A stretch of DNA of 58,253 nt from a virus (Duplodnaviria; Caudoviricetes), in the IMG/VR virus record IMGVR_UViG_3300022723_000216, positions 1 through 58,253 of that record, one strand, 5' to 3'. Of this stretch, positions 18,752 through 28,125 are shown piece by piece. The stretch's first letter is position 1, and the number at the start of each line of letters is the position of its first letter. The notes under the pieces were generated by a model that worked only from the letters and a program-made list of their open reading frames with translations, searched no databases and was not told where the DNA came from. The translations under genes and the position numbers were made by a program.

Positions 18752-19548
18752 TCAAATCCAAACACATCGGCGAAAGCGATTGAGTCGTAGATCCGGTGGA
18801 TCGTCACCTGCCGGGCTTTCTGGATCCGCCTCTGGCTCACCGTGCGAGGTGTAAAGATCACGTCGAGCAGGTGATGCCCTTTCTTCACGATGCCAGCGAT
18901 GTCGCCAACCGACAGGCCGGTCGCATTTTGGCTGGCGAGCACTTCCAGCGCCACCTCCGATTCCGAGTCGCTGCCGGTTCCTGACGCACCGATTAGCAGC
19001 AGTTCCTCGGCTTCGAAGCCGCGCCACGGCAAGCTGTTGGTGTGGGCCGTGGCACCGGCCAAGGCGCGGGCCAGCGACTCGTCGACGACGCCCTGCGGGT
19101 ACCGATAGGTGTACGTCATTCGCAAGGCTGGGATGTACACGTCGGCACCCTCGACGTCCCCATCTTTATTGACGCCGATCGCATTGTTCTCGACGGCGGT
19201 CTCTCCGGGGGCTGCATAGGTGTCGACGACTTCTTTGGAGGCCCGGAGGCGGAGTGTAGCGCCGCCAGCAGAGAACCCGAATCCGACACTGCCGACGTCG
19301 CGCTTGCGCTGCCCGTAGGGCGCGGTGATGATGTATTGAGACCAGCCTTCGGGGTCGACGCTGATGGGCTGCCGCCACAGCTGGCCGACTTGCGTGAAGA
19401 CGCTGGCGGGCAACGCTTGGAGCGCGTAGGCGGTGACCGTCGTCTCGTCGAACTCGCCGCTGGCATTATAGCGCAGGGTGAGCGACGGCGGCTCCAGAGT
19501 GATAGAGCGGCTGTCTGGGCGTTCGTCGAATTGAAAGATCTCGCTCAC
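18748..19548 (-). CDS. Putative distal tail/baseplate protein
   Basis: 266 aa immediately after the tape measure; coupled overlaps. Confidence 0.55.
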   Translation of the reverse strand: MSEIFQFDERPDSRSITLEPPSLTLRYNASGEFDETTVTAYALQALPASVFTQVGQLWRQPISVDPEGWSQYIITAPYGQRKRDVGSVGFGFSAGGATLRLRASKEVVDTYAAPGETAVENNAIGVNKDGDVEGADVYIPALRMTYTYRYPQGVVDESLARALAGATAHTNSLPWRGFEAEELLLIGASGTGSDSESEVALEVLASQNATGLSVGDIAGIVKKGHHLLDVIFTPRTVSQRRIQKARQVTIHRIYDSIAFADVFGFE

Positions 19549-22091
19549 TTGAACACGGCCTCCCGTCTTTGCCGCATCATCTCCTCGTGCTGCTTGCGGT
19601 TCAGGTCGCGGATCTCCTCGAGCGTCCGTTGCTCCTTGCTTGTGCCAGACACCCCCTCGCGCCCGCGGGCTTCAGCCGCCGCCGCTGAGAACGTAGTGAA
19701 CACCGCCTCCTTCGCCCCATCGACTCCGTCACGCCGGCCGGCCTGCGCCTTGAGAAGCTCGAACTTCTCGACGATCGAATCCGTCTCCAGACCGGCGTCG
19801 ATGGCCTGCATCATCTCCTGCTCGAATTGCAGGGCGAGCCGCGCCAGTTCCTTGTCGAGCTCGCTTAGGTCCGGGTCGACCTCGATCCGCACGCGCTCCA
19901 GGTCCATCATCTGTTGGATCTCAGAGTTGAGCTTGTCGGTAGCCTCCTGCGCAAGCCGCTCGTCTTCACGCTTCCGCACATCAGCGATGGCCGCCGCAGC
20001 GTCGGCCTCCACTTGGAAGTGCTCGGCCGGATCGAACACACCGGCCTCGTCGAGCAGCTTGCGACGCTCGGCGGCGAGCTCCTGGATGTCCTTGATCTCC
20101 TGCTCGACGCGCGTGCGACGCTTACGGGCGAACTCTTCCTCGAGCTCGTCGAGACGCTTGGCGGCGTCCCCGGCGTCAGCCTGACGCTGCATGTTGGTGG
20201 AGGCCTGGTCGGCTGCCTGCTGATTCTCGCTGGCAGGGGCGGCCTCGTCAGCCGTCGCCCCGCCAGTGATGGCACCAGCACTGCCGGCGTCGAGCGCATT
20301 GCGGCGTTGCTGTAACTTATGCAGCTGCCGCTCCAGGGCCGTGAGGTCGTTCATGATCCCTTCGGCGCCGGACGTTGCCCCGGGCATGAACAGCCGCAGC
20401 GTGTGCCGCCAGGTCGCGTTGGTCGCCTCGAGCGCCTGGTTGGCCTCGGAAATGTTTTTGCGCACTTCGGCCATCTCGCGGCCGATCTCCATGTCGGCCT
20501 GCTGCCGCATGACGTCGAGCAGTTGCCCGTAAGCACCGCGCATGCCCTCGATCTCGCCGGTCGCCGAGTTGATCGACAGTCCCAGGTCACCGTGGCGTTG
20601 TTCCAGCTGGTCGATGATGCCCGCCGCCTCGCGCATCTCGGCGCTGGTGCGACTTTGCTGGTTGGCCAGCTGCTCGAGGCGTTCGAACAGAGCAAGGTCC
20701 GATGCGCGCAGCTTGTCGGCCTCCTCACGAGCGTTGCTCATCTCGCGGGTCAAGTCGGCGGTCACTGTTACCAGCGCGTGCACGCCCACGGCAGTCGCCG
20801 CCAGCGCGGTCAACGCCACCACGACAAGCCCAAGCGGAGAGAACAGGGCAGCAATCCCGCCCAGAGCGATTGACACGGCGCCGGCCGTCAGCCCCAGCGC
20901 GGCAAACCCGGCGCCAGCCACACCGATGCCGGCGGCCAGCTTGACGAGCGACTGCACGAGATCCGCGTTTTCCTCGATCCATTGGGTAGTCGCGCCAGCT
21001 ACCTCGGTCAGCCATTGCCCGAACTTCATGCCGTCGCCCTCGAGCACTTCGCCGATCTTGATGGCGACGCCTTCGGTCGCGCTCAGCAGGATCCGCAGCA
21101 CGCCGCCCAAGCCGGCGTCCATCTCGGCGGCTGTGGACGCCGCGGCCCCCTCGGCATCACGCAGCGCGTCGGATAGCTCCTGGACGTTGACGACGTTCTT
21201 GCTGATGGCCGATGCGGACGTGATGCCCAGCAGGCCGAACGCTTCGTTGAACTTGGCCGCTCGCTCGCCGGTCCCCAGTTCCGCGGTCGCTTTATTCACT
21301 TCGTCGAGCACCTGCACCAGCGGCCTGGCGTTGCCGGCTGCGTCGCGGAACGAGACCTTGAAGATGCCTTCCAGCTTCTCAGCATCGGCGCCTGTGACCG
21401 TGAGCAGACGTCGCAGGGCGGTACCCGCGGCAGAGCCCTGGATGCCGACGTTGCCCAGCGCACCGAGGATCGCCAGCGTGTCCTCGATCGACATGTTGAA
21501 GTCGGCTGCCACCGGGCCGGCGTAGCTCAGCGAGTCGCCCAGCGATTCGACCGTGTTGAAACTCTTGTTGGCCGCGACCGTCAAAGCGTCCGCCACGCGC
21601 GTGGCATCACCGGCCTGGAGGCCGAACTCCCGGATGGCGGCCGCCATGATGCCGCTGGCCATGGTGGCGTCGGTGCTCGTGGCTCGGGCCAGGTTCAGGA
21701 CGGACGCCGTCATGGCATCCACCTGGTCGGCAGTGAAACCGGCGCGTCCCAGTTCGGCCATCAGCGCCGCCACCTGCACGGCGGTGAAGCTGGTCGTGCG
21801 GCCGAGCTCCTTGGCCTTCTGCGTCAGGCGTTCAAACTCCTCGGCGCTCGACTGCGAGACGGCCTTGACCTCGCGCATCTTGTCGTCGAAGTCGGCGAAG
21901 CGCTTGGTGGCCAGAGCAACCGGCGTGAGCATCACGATGCTGGCCGTCATCATCGAGCGGCCGAGCGTGCCGATGTCGCTGGCAAAGTCCCGCATCTGCC
22001 GGCGCGCGTTCGCCAGGCCACGCTGGAAGCGCGAATTCTTCGTGTATAATTCGACGTATGCCGCGCCGGCTTTGATATCTGCACGTGCCAT
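19545..22091 (-). CDS. Tail tape measure protein (TP901-like)
   Basis: 848 aa; AKELGRTTSFTAVQVA...LGRAGF, GIQGSAAGTALR. Confidence 0.95.
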   Translation of the reverse strand: MARADIKAGAAYVELYTKNSRFQRGLANARRQMRDFASDIGTLGRSMMTASIVMLTPVALATKRFADFDDKMREVKAVSQSSAEEFERLTQKAKELGRTTSFTAVQVAALMAELGRAGFTADQVDAMTASVLNLARATSTDATMASGIMAAAIREFGLQAGDATRVADALTVAANKSFNTVESLGDSLSYAGPVAADFNMSIEDTLAILGALGNVGIQGSAAGTALRRLLTVTGADAEKLEGIFKVSFRDAAGNARPLVQVLDEVNKATAELGTGERAAKFNEAFGLLGITSASAISKNVVNVQELSDALRDAEGAAASTAAEMDAGLGGVLRILLSATEGVAIKIGEVLEGDGMKFGQWLTEVAGATTQWIEENADLVQSLVKLAAGIGVAGAGFAALGLTAGAVSIALGGIAALFSPLGLVVVALTALAATAVGVHALVTVTADLTREMSNAREEADKLRASDLALFERLEQLANQQSRTSAEMREAAGIIDQLEQRHGDLGLSINSATGEIEGMRGAYGQLLDVMRQQADMEIGREMAEVRKNISEANQALEATNATWRHTLRLFMPGATSGAEGIMNDLTALERQLHKLQQRRNALDAGSAGAITGGATADEAAPASENQQAADQASTNMQRQADAGDAAKRLDELEEEFARKRRTRVEQEIKDIQELAAERRKLLDEAGVFDPAEHFQVEADAAAAIADVRKREDERLAQEATDKLNSEIQQMMDLERVRIEVDPDLSELDKELARLALQFEQEMMQAIDAGLETDSIVEKFELLKAQAGRRDGVDGAKEAVFTTFSAAAAEARGREGVSGTSKEQRTLEEIRDLNRKQHEEMMRQRREAVFK

Positions 22092-22092
22092 G

Positions 22093-22290
22093 TCACGCTA
22101 TCCCCAAGAGTCGGCGACGTCGGGCAGGGTCGTAATGTTCTCGCTCTCCACCTCGTCTGCCTGACGTGCCACCGAGGATTTCGGACTTGCCATTGGCCAT
22201 CAGGTACAGTTCGGCGCACGTCAGTCCGTGGGGCCTGACTCCGACGAAGCCGGCGAGCTCGTAGCACCAGTCGGCGGGGTCAATCCGACG
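22093..22290 (-). CDS. Tail assembly chaperone -1 frame extension (gpGT-like)
   Basis: Open -1 frame WCYELAGFVGVRPHGLTCAELYLMANGK...LLGIA* ends 1 nt before the tape measure start. Confidence 0.55.
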   Translation of the reverse strand, partial: RRIDPADWCYELAGFVGVRPHGLTCAELYLMANGKSEILGGTSGRRGGEREHYDPARRRRLLGIA

Positions 22291-22784
22291 GCCGCGTCGA
22301 GTTGTGCCTCGACCAGGCCCACGGCTCGATCGACCATTGCCGGATCGAGCCGCTTCTCGAGTCGCGCCATCGTCGCCCGCTGCGCCAGTTCCCGAGCCCG
22401 CTCGGTCTTCTCGATGACCTTCTGCAGGAACTGGCGCTTCTGAGGGGGGAGAAATTCAAAGCAGGCTTGCTGCAACGCCTGCCACGCCTCCGTCTCGACG
22501 CCGCCGAGCCGCGCGCCGAATTCCTCGTCAGTGATCCCGGCGTCTTTGGCCTGGTCGCGGCAGACAAGATACATCACGTCGATCCACAACACCCAATCCA
22601 CGTCGAACCGCTGATAGGTGGCGCCCGAGAATTCAGCGAGGTCGACCGCCGTGCAGCCCTTATCGATCAGCGGCCGATGGTGGCATCTTTCGGTCTCGCA
22701 CGTTTGTGCTCTGACCATCTTCACCGTCGGGCCGTCGAGCCTTATCGTCCACTCGTGGCCCTTGTTGTCCTTCCACGTTGGCAT
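22221..22784 (-). CDS. Tail assembly chaperone
   Basis: MPTWKDNKGHEWTIRL...GITDEEFG...FEFLP; upstream of the tape measure. Confidence 0.75.
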   Translation of the reverse strand: MPTWKDNKGHEWTIRLDGPTVKMVRAQTCETERCHHRPLIDKGCTAVDLAEFSGATYQRFDVDWVLWIDVMYLVCRDQAKDAGITDEEFGARLGGVETEAWQALQQACFEFLPPQKRQFLQKVIEKTERARELAQRATMARLEKRLDPAMVDRAVGLVEAQLDAAVGLTPPTGATSSPASSESGPTD

Positions 22785-22995
22785 GGTCGCTCCTTGGCGG
22801 CTTGGCCGCCGGCTGCGGCGGCTTGCGATCGGGCTTCGTCGCCGGCATGCGCCGCTTTCTGGCGAAGTGCTCGGCGCGCTTGGGACTCACGTTCGCCTTG
22901 GCGGCCAAGGCCTGAACGTCGACGTCCTCGACGCGCTTCCCGGTCTCCGCCAGGGTGTTGATGAATCGCTGCTCGTCGTCTTTGATGCGTGGCAT
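22660..22995 (-). CDS. Hypothetical protein
   Basis: MPRIKDDEQRF...; 3' end overlaps the chaperone gene. Confidence 0.4.
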   Translation of the reverse strand: MPRIKDDEQRFINTLAETGKRVEDVDVQALAAKANVSPKRAEHFARKRRMPATKPDRKPPQPAAKPPRSDHANVEGQQGPRVDDKARRPDGEDGQSTNVRDRKMPPSAADR

Positions 22996-23089
22996 GCTTT
23001 TTGAACCTCGCGTGCGAATACTTGAAGGCTGCGTCGGGCTCGCCGCAGGCCAGCCTCGAACCTGCGCGGATCGTCCGTGTAGTAGCACA

Positions 23090-23713
23090 TTACGGGGTCG
23101 CATCCTCGAGCCACGTCAGGTTGAGCGTGGCGTCGTTCGTCGCCGAGCCGTTGGAGGCGTAGCCCACCGTGATCGGGTTGCCGGTGAACGGGTTGGCGCT
23201 ACCGCCGGTGACGTCCCACACCTGCACGCCATTGGCCTGCAGGTCGATCTCGGCGATCTCGCTGCCGCCGCTGTCCTGGAAGTCGACGTGGCCCATCGAC
23301 GTTTCGTTGACGCTGGTGAACTTCAGTTGCAGCCCCAGGATCGACAGCGCGTCGCCGTCGATCGCGCAGTTGATCTGCTGCCGCACGCTAACCACCACCG
23401 CCGTCGTCGCAATCGGCAGGTTGTCGCCGATGCCGGAGTCAAACGGCATGGAGTTGGTCGACACCGTGCCCACGGTCACGTCGTACTGCACGCCGCCGTC
23501 CCAGTAGATGTCGACGTTGTCGCCTGTGGTGATGCCGTGTCCGGCGGTCAACGTCACCGTACCCGTGTTGTCGTCGGTGCGCGTGGTGAGCGTGCCGGTG
23601 AATCCCTTGGGAATGGTCGGGTTGCGGTCGCTGCCGCCGTCGGCCGAACGCGCTTGGGAGCGCGAGATGCTCACGCCGCCGCTGAGCGAGACGGCATAGT
23701 TTCTGGTGACCAT
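23090..23713 (-). CDS. Virion structural protein (tail-associated, beta-rich)
   Basis: 207 aa G/T/S-rich; within the tail cluster. Confidence 0.6.
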   Translation of the reverse strand: MVTRNYAVSLSGGVSISRSQARSADGGSDRNPTIPKGFTGTLTTRTDDNTGTVTLTAGHGITTGDNVDIYWDGGVQYDVTVGTVSTNSMPFDSGIGDNLPIATTAVVVSVRQQINCAIDGDALSILGLQLKFTSVNETSMGHVDFQDSGGSEIAEIDLQANGVQVWDVTGGSANPFTGNPITVGYASNGSATNDATLNLTWLEDATP

Positions 23714-23760
23714 GTGTGGTGCTCCCGTCTAGTGGGTATGGTGTGCGTCGACGCTCTCGA

Positions 23761-24192
23761 TCAGGAGAAGGCCGGCTCGCGGCCGTTGCCGCGGTTCGGC
23801 GTGCCGCGGAACGTGATCACCTGCTCGCCATCGAGCGGCCAGGGATCGCTCATCCCGAACGTCATGTCGCCGTCGAAGTTCACGTCGCCGCCGTCGTAGT
23901 CCTCGGTCTTGATGGCCACGGCCGTGCCCGCCTTGACCGCCGCCTTGAGCGTGGCCAGGTTGGCGTCGCCCGAGTCGTTGAGCATGGTGATCTCGAGCGC
24001 ATAGCCGCGGGCGGTGACGCGCTCGGTCGGGATGGGCGGCGCGGAGCCGTCGCCGCGGACCGTGGTGTTGCCCTTGGACGGCGTGAACTCCTCGCTGATG
24101 TCGCGCACGTTGGTTAGCAACGTGTTCGCGGTGGACCCGGCGGCGCCCAGGAAGACGCGGCCCTCAAAGCCCATTTTCACGGTTTCGGTCAT
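23761..24192 (-). CDS. Major tail tube protein
   Basis: 143 aa; MGFEGRVFLG...NVRDI; position after neck genes; AGGAG RBS. Confidence 0.7.
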   Translation of the reverse strand: MTETVKMGFEGRVFLGAAGSTANTLLTNVRDISEEFTPSKGNTTVRGDGSAPPIPTERVTARGYALEITMLNDSGDANLATLKAAVKAGTAVAIKTEDYDGGDVNFDGDMTFGMSDPWPLDGEQVITFRGTPNRGNGREPAFS

Positions 24193-24218
24193 GGCTCTGG
24201 ACTCCTATGGATTGGGCT

Positions 24219-24707
24219 TCAGGCCCGAACTTCTGTGAATGCTCCGCCGCCACCCTCGCCGATGCTCCCGCGCCATGAGCCGCCGAAGCGGTCGATGTTC
24301 TGCAACAGCGCCGGCCCCATGAACGCGCGCTCGTCGTAGTCGGCGCCCTTGTAGGGCCCGCCTAGCTCGTGCGCTGACGCCGAGGTGCCCACCACGTTGG
24401 CCGAGGCTCCCACGATCGCGCCGAAGCGATCGACGGCGTATCGAATGGCCCGCCTGAGCTGTCCCTTTTTCGTGGCCGGCGGCTGGCCCGGAGGCGACGG
24501 CTTGCCCAGCGGGTCGGGAATGATCGACGCCTGCGCATCCAGCCGGATCCGCGCGGCGGCGTGCCCGAAGTTCCGAAACCGGGCCTCTTCCTCAGCACGA
24601 CGGATCTTCTCCGTGTCGATCGTCACGTCGATATCAACGCCGACGAAACCAGGTGAGCCCTGGCCCTTCTTGACGAATCGGCCTCGTGAATCGCGTTCGG
24701 GAGGCAT
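24219..24707 (-). CDS. Neck/tail completion protein (HK97 gp10-like)
   Basis: SPPGQPP...GQLRRAIRY...HELGG...RAFMGPAL. Confidence 0.7.
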   Translation of the reverse strand: MPPERDSRGRFVKKGQGSPGFVGVDIDVTIDTEKIRRAEEEARFRNFGHAAARIRLDAQASIIPDPLGKPSPPGQPPATKKGQLRRAIRYAVDRFGAIVGASANVVGTSASAHELGGPYKGADYDERAFMGPALLQNIDRFGGSWRGSIGEGGGGAFTEVRA

Positions 24708-25030
24708 CAGTTGTTGCTCGTAAACTTCTCGCAGGTGACCGGCTCCAGCGGCAGCCGCGGCCGGTAGTACAGCGCGCCCTGCGACTGGCAGCCGCGCGTG
24801 TCGCAATAGCACGTCTCGGCATCGCTGTTGACCATCGGCTCGTGACAGGCCGGGCACAGCACCTCGCCGGTGTAGAGGGCGTCCACGTCGCTGCCGCTGA
24901 CCATGTCGAGCGCGCCTTGCAGGACGTCGAGCAGTTCGTTGGCGCGACCGTCGCCGGCCGAGACGCTCGAGTCCTCGACGCTGACGCAGATCAGCCTGGC
25001 GCCCATCTGGATGCGTTTTTCGACTTTCAT
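24707..25030 (-). CDS. Hypothetical protein with Zn ribbon
   Basis: MKVEKRIQ...CPAC...C..RGC. Confidence 0.5.
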   Translation of the reverse strand: MKVEKRIQMGARLICVSVEDSSVSAGDGRANELLDVLQGALDMVSGSDVDALYTGEVLCPACHEPMVNSDAETCYCDTRGCQSQGALYYRPRLPLEPVTCEKFTSNN

Positions 25031-25530
25031 GGCAGGTCCTTGTAGCGCCCGAACGTCACGCGGACGATGCCTGTGAACTGGGCCGCCTCGCGCAGGTGCC
25101 CCACGTGCGGTGCGACCGGCACGGTGGTGCTGCGCCAGATGCCGGCCAGGTAGTCGGGCAGGCGCTGCTTGGTGAGCTGCAGGTGCAATTGCTCGACCAG
25201 CAGCATCACGGTGTTGACCTCGGCCACGCTGACGCGGCCCAGCGCGTCCTTGGCCTGGGGACCGAAGTGCTTCCGCACCGCCACCAGGACGGGCACGTCG
25301 AAGCGCACCTTCTCGTGCGACACCAGGGCCACGGCCTGCTGCAGGGTGTCGAGCACCACGTCGACATACAGCTCGTTCTCGGGCAGGCTCTGGTCGGCCG
25401 TGTCGAGCGGCACTTCCCAGTCGGCGTAGCTGTGCACCGGCGTGAAGCGCTGCGCGAACACGTCGGCCGCGGACCAGGCCGCTAGCTGCGCGGTCAGCGC
25501 TTCGGCGATCTCCACGGCGACAGCGGTCAT
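25027..25530 (-). CDS. Putative tail terminator protein
   Basis: 167 aa; position in the head-tail cluster. Confidence 0.6.
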   Translation of the reverse strand: MTAVAVEIAEALTAQLAAWSAADVFAQRFTPVHSYADWEVPLDTADQSLPENELYVDVVLDTLQQAVALVSHEKVRFDVPVLVAVRKHFGPQAKDALGRVSVAEVNTVMLLVEQLHLQLTKQRLPDYLAGIWRSTTVPVAPHVGHLREAAQFTGIVRVTFGRYKDLP

Positions 25531-25899
25531 TTAGCCGACCTTCTTGGTGTCCACCGAGTACCGGTATTCGCCGGGCAAAAGCTCGACGGCTTCTCGGTCT
25601 GTCTTGGGCAGCACGTCGTACGTTGCGTCCTCGTCGACGACGGTGATGCGGTCGCCGCGTTGCGGCCGGATCGCCTGGCCGTCGATCACACACGACACCG
25701 CGGGTAACACAAACCGCCGTTGCAGCACGGCGGTGAGCATCCCGTTGGCATCCAGCAGTTCCCGTTTCTGGTCCTCGTAGGTGGCCGTGAAGGGGTCCGT
25801 CGTCTTGCCCGCGCGCGTGAGCGTGACTTGGACGCCGAACGTGTGATCGAGTCCGGCGCCCGCGTACTGCTCCAGCGTCTGGTCGGCAAGCGAGGGCAT
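25531..25899 (-). CDS. Head-tail joining/closure protein
   Basis: 122 aa; PQRGDRITV motif; directly after the capsid gene. Confidence 0.7.
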   Translation of the reverse strand: MPSLADQTLEQYAGAGLDHTFGVQVTLTRAGKTTDPFTATYEDQKRELLDANGMLTAVLQRRFVLPAVSCVIDGQAIRPQRGDRITVVDEDATYDVLPKTDREAVELLPGEYRYSVDTKKVG

Positions 25900-25903
25900 G
25901 GCC

Positions 25904-26944
25904 TTACGCGGTCACGTTCGTCAGCAGGTGGCCGGCCTCGGGGTGCAGGATCTTGACCTGCCGCTTGTTGCGCGGCCGCAGCACGCCGCCACGGACCTTT
26001 TCCTCACGGTATTCGTCGAAGATCAGCGAGCCGTAGCCCGCGTCCTCGGCGCCCGGCAGCGGCTCGCCGTTCTTGGTCGAGAACACCGTGCGGCCGATGT
26101 GCGGCATGGGCGATTCCAGGTCGCCGTCGATGCCGTCGTCGTTGACGACGCACAGCATGGCCCTGGTGTCGTCCCACATCCGCGACAGGGAAGCGGACTG
26201 CCCCTTGTCGGCGGTGTTCTTGAAGCCGCGGCCGACGAGGATCCGATCGACTTGCAGCACGTCGTGCAGGCCGCTGATCACGTCGGTGACCATCGAGTCG
26301 TTGATGCCCGAGTTGAGCGCTAACAACAGCGCGCTGCTGTCATACTTCAACAGGCTCTCAAGCCGGTCGGTGCGGAGCATGGCCGTGTAACCGGCCTTGG
26401 TGATGACCAGCGTGTTGGGGTCTTCGCCGCAGCCGACGTTGACCTTTTCGCGAGCCGCGTCGATCACCGCCACCGGGTCGGCCGAGGCCTTGGTGGTGAA
26501 CGGCGTGCCGACAGCGGTCGTCAGCGCCGCGCCCGTCCACGTGCTGGTGCTGAATACCGCCTCGGCGATGTCGTATTCCAGCCGTTGCAGGATGCGGTTG
26601 ACGGCCCGCAGCATGGCGATCTGCTCGACGCGCACCACGTCGCCGTAGCGCTCCACGCTGGCGTCGTCGACCACCTCCTCGACGCCGTGCTCTTCGACGG
26701 CATAGCTGTCCTTGTTCCACTTCCAGCTGTCGCGGTTGTATTCCGCCTTCGGGGACCGCTTGGTGTCCTCGATCTTCGTCAGCAGGGCCTCGATGTCGAT
26801 CTTGGCAAACTCGGCCGCCTCCTGCTCGACGCCGATGGGCGGCAGGACCTTGAGGCCGATGAACTTGCGCAAATTGGCCAGGAGCGAGAATTCCTGGTAG
26901 GTCAGCGACAGGTCGAGTCGCGTGATGCCGGTTGAAGGTTTCAT
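25904..26944 (-). CDS. Major capsid protein (lambda gpE-like)
   Basis: 346 aa; FIGLKVLPPI.V...DSYAVEEHG.EE, DPV..I..A, PNTLVI; AGGAG RBS. Confidence 0.88.
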   Translation of the reverse strand: MKPSTGITRLDLSLTYQEFSLLANLRKFIGLKVLPPIGVEQEAAEFAKIDIEALLTKIEDTKRSPKAEYNRDSWKWNKDSYAVEEHGVEEVVDDASVERYGDVVRVEQIAMLRAVNRILQRLEYDIAEAVFSTSTWTGAALTTAVGTPFTTKASADPVAVIDAAREKVNVGCGEDPNTLVITKAGYTAMLRTDRLESLLKYDSSALLLALNSGINDSMVTDVISGLHDVLQVDRILVGRGFKNTADKGQSASLSRMWDDTRAMLCVVNDDGIDGDLESPMPHIGRTVFSTKNGEPLPGAEDAGYGSLIFDEYREEKVRGGVLRPRNKRQVKILHPEAGHLLTNVTA

Positions 26945-26961
26945 TCGTCGAGCTCCTGTGC

Positions 26962-27000
26962 AAATAAAAACGGGGGCGGCGTTCAAATCGCGCCCCCGTT
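26962..27000 (-). terminator. Terminator-like hairpin directly upstream of the capsid RBS
   Basis: AACGGGGGC...GCCCCCGTT then TTTATTT on the minus strand. Confidence 0.65.
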
Positions 27001-27121
27001 AAGGCTCGACGTAACGGCGTCTCGGAGGGCTGGCCGGCCCTGCCTTGGCCGCGAGCCGCGATCTTTCACGCGGCCCCCTACGGGTTTGTCTGCTGGTTAA
27101 ACCTGCCTGTGGTTGTGGAAA

Positions 27122-28030
27122 CTACCCCTTGATGTCGGCCAGCACCGAGATCTTCGAAATCTCGGGGATCATGACGCCGGCGTTGCCGGTGTCCGATCCG
27201 CTGAACGCGACGCGGATCACGAGCACGTCACCGGGTGCGAGGCCGGCCGGCGTGATCGTGAAGTCCTTGTCGGCCGGCGTCACACTGTTGATGCTTTGAG
27301 CGGACGTGGCGCAGATGTCGCTGCCGACCGCGCCGTCGTCGTCCTTCTTCCAGCACTCGACGTCTACCAGCGCCGTGCCGTCGGAGATGGTCGTCAACAT
27401 GGCGCCACGCACCCGCACGGTCAGCGTTTCGCCAGCGTCGTACTCGGGCGGCAGCGTGAACTCGAACGCCCCCTTTTCGTCGGTCGACGCTCCGCCGAAG
27501 TCGACGCCCTGCAGAGTCGGGGCGTCGGTGCCGGGGGTGCCGGTGATGAGCGCCATGTCGTCGTCGGCCGCCGTCCCGGGCAGGTTCGTGTGCATCGCGT
27601 CGTGGACGCGAACGTCGGTGAGCTGGATCGGGTACTCGGCCAGCGCATCCTGAACCAGGTTCGATCGCGCCACCGTGCCGGTGATGCTGGCCCGACGCTT
27701 GAAGACCTTGATCACGCTGCCGTCGCCGCTGGCGGCCTCCATGGCCATGCCGCGAATCAGCGTTCCGCTGGTGGCGATCTTGCCGTCGGCGGCCGCGTAC
27801 ACGGTCTGGTACTGGGCGATCGCTTCCGACGCGATCATGTGCTCCACGCCGGGCGTGTCCAGCGGGCACACCGTGCCGTACGTATCGGCGGCCAGCGTGT
27901 GCTGCTCGAGCGTGCCGAGCTCGTCCTCGGCGGCGCCGGCGGCCACCAGGTAGCCGCCGCTGAGCTTGACGCGCAACCCTTCCGCAAGGGCCGCATTGTT
28001 GGGAAAGGTCGGTTTTTGATTGACCAACAT
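27122..28030 (-). CDS. Capsid decoration/cement protein (DUF2190-like N-terminus plus extra domain)
   Basis: ASEAIA..TVYAAADGKI...GMAMEAASGDGSVI; between protease and MCP. Confidence 0.7.
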   Translation of the reverse strand: MLVNQKPTFPNNAALAEGLRVKLSGGYLVAAGAAEDELGTLEQHTLAADTYGTVCPLDTPGVEHMIASEAIAQYQTVYAAADGKIATSGTLIRGMAMEAASGDGSVIKVFKRRASITGTVARSNLVQDALAEYPIQLTDVRVHDAMHTNLPGTAADDDMALITGTPGTDAPTLQGVDFGGASTDEKGAFEFTLPPEYDAGETLTVRVRGAMLTTISDGTALVDVECWKKDDDGAVGSDICATSAQSINSVTPADKDFTITPAGLAPGDVLVIRVAFSGSDTGNAGVMIPEISKISVLADIKG

Positions 28031-28125
28031 GGGTTGGGTTCCTTGTGGAAAAGACGCGCTTATGTTCACGCCCGCTCAAATCCCCAAAGCGACCATGTTC
28101 CTGGCGCCGGGAAGATGGTGGCGTT

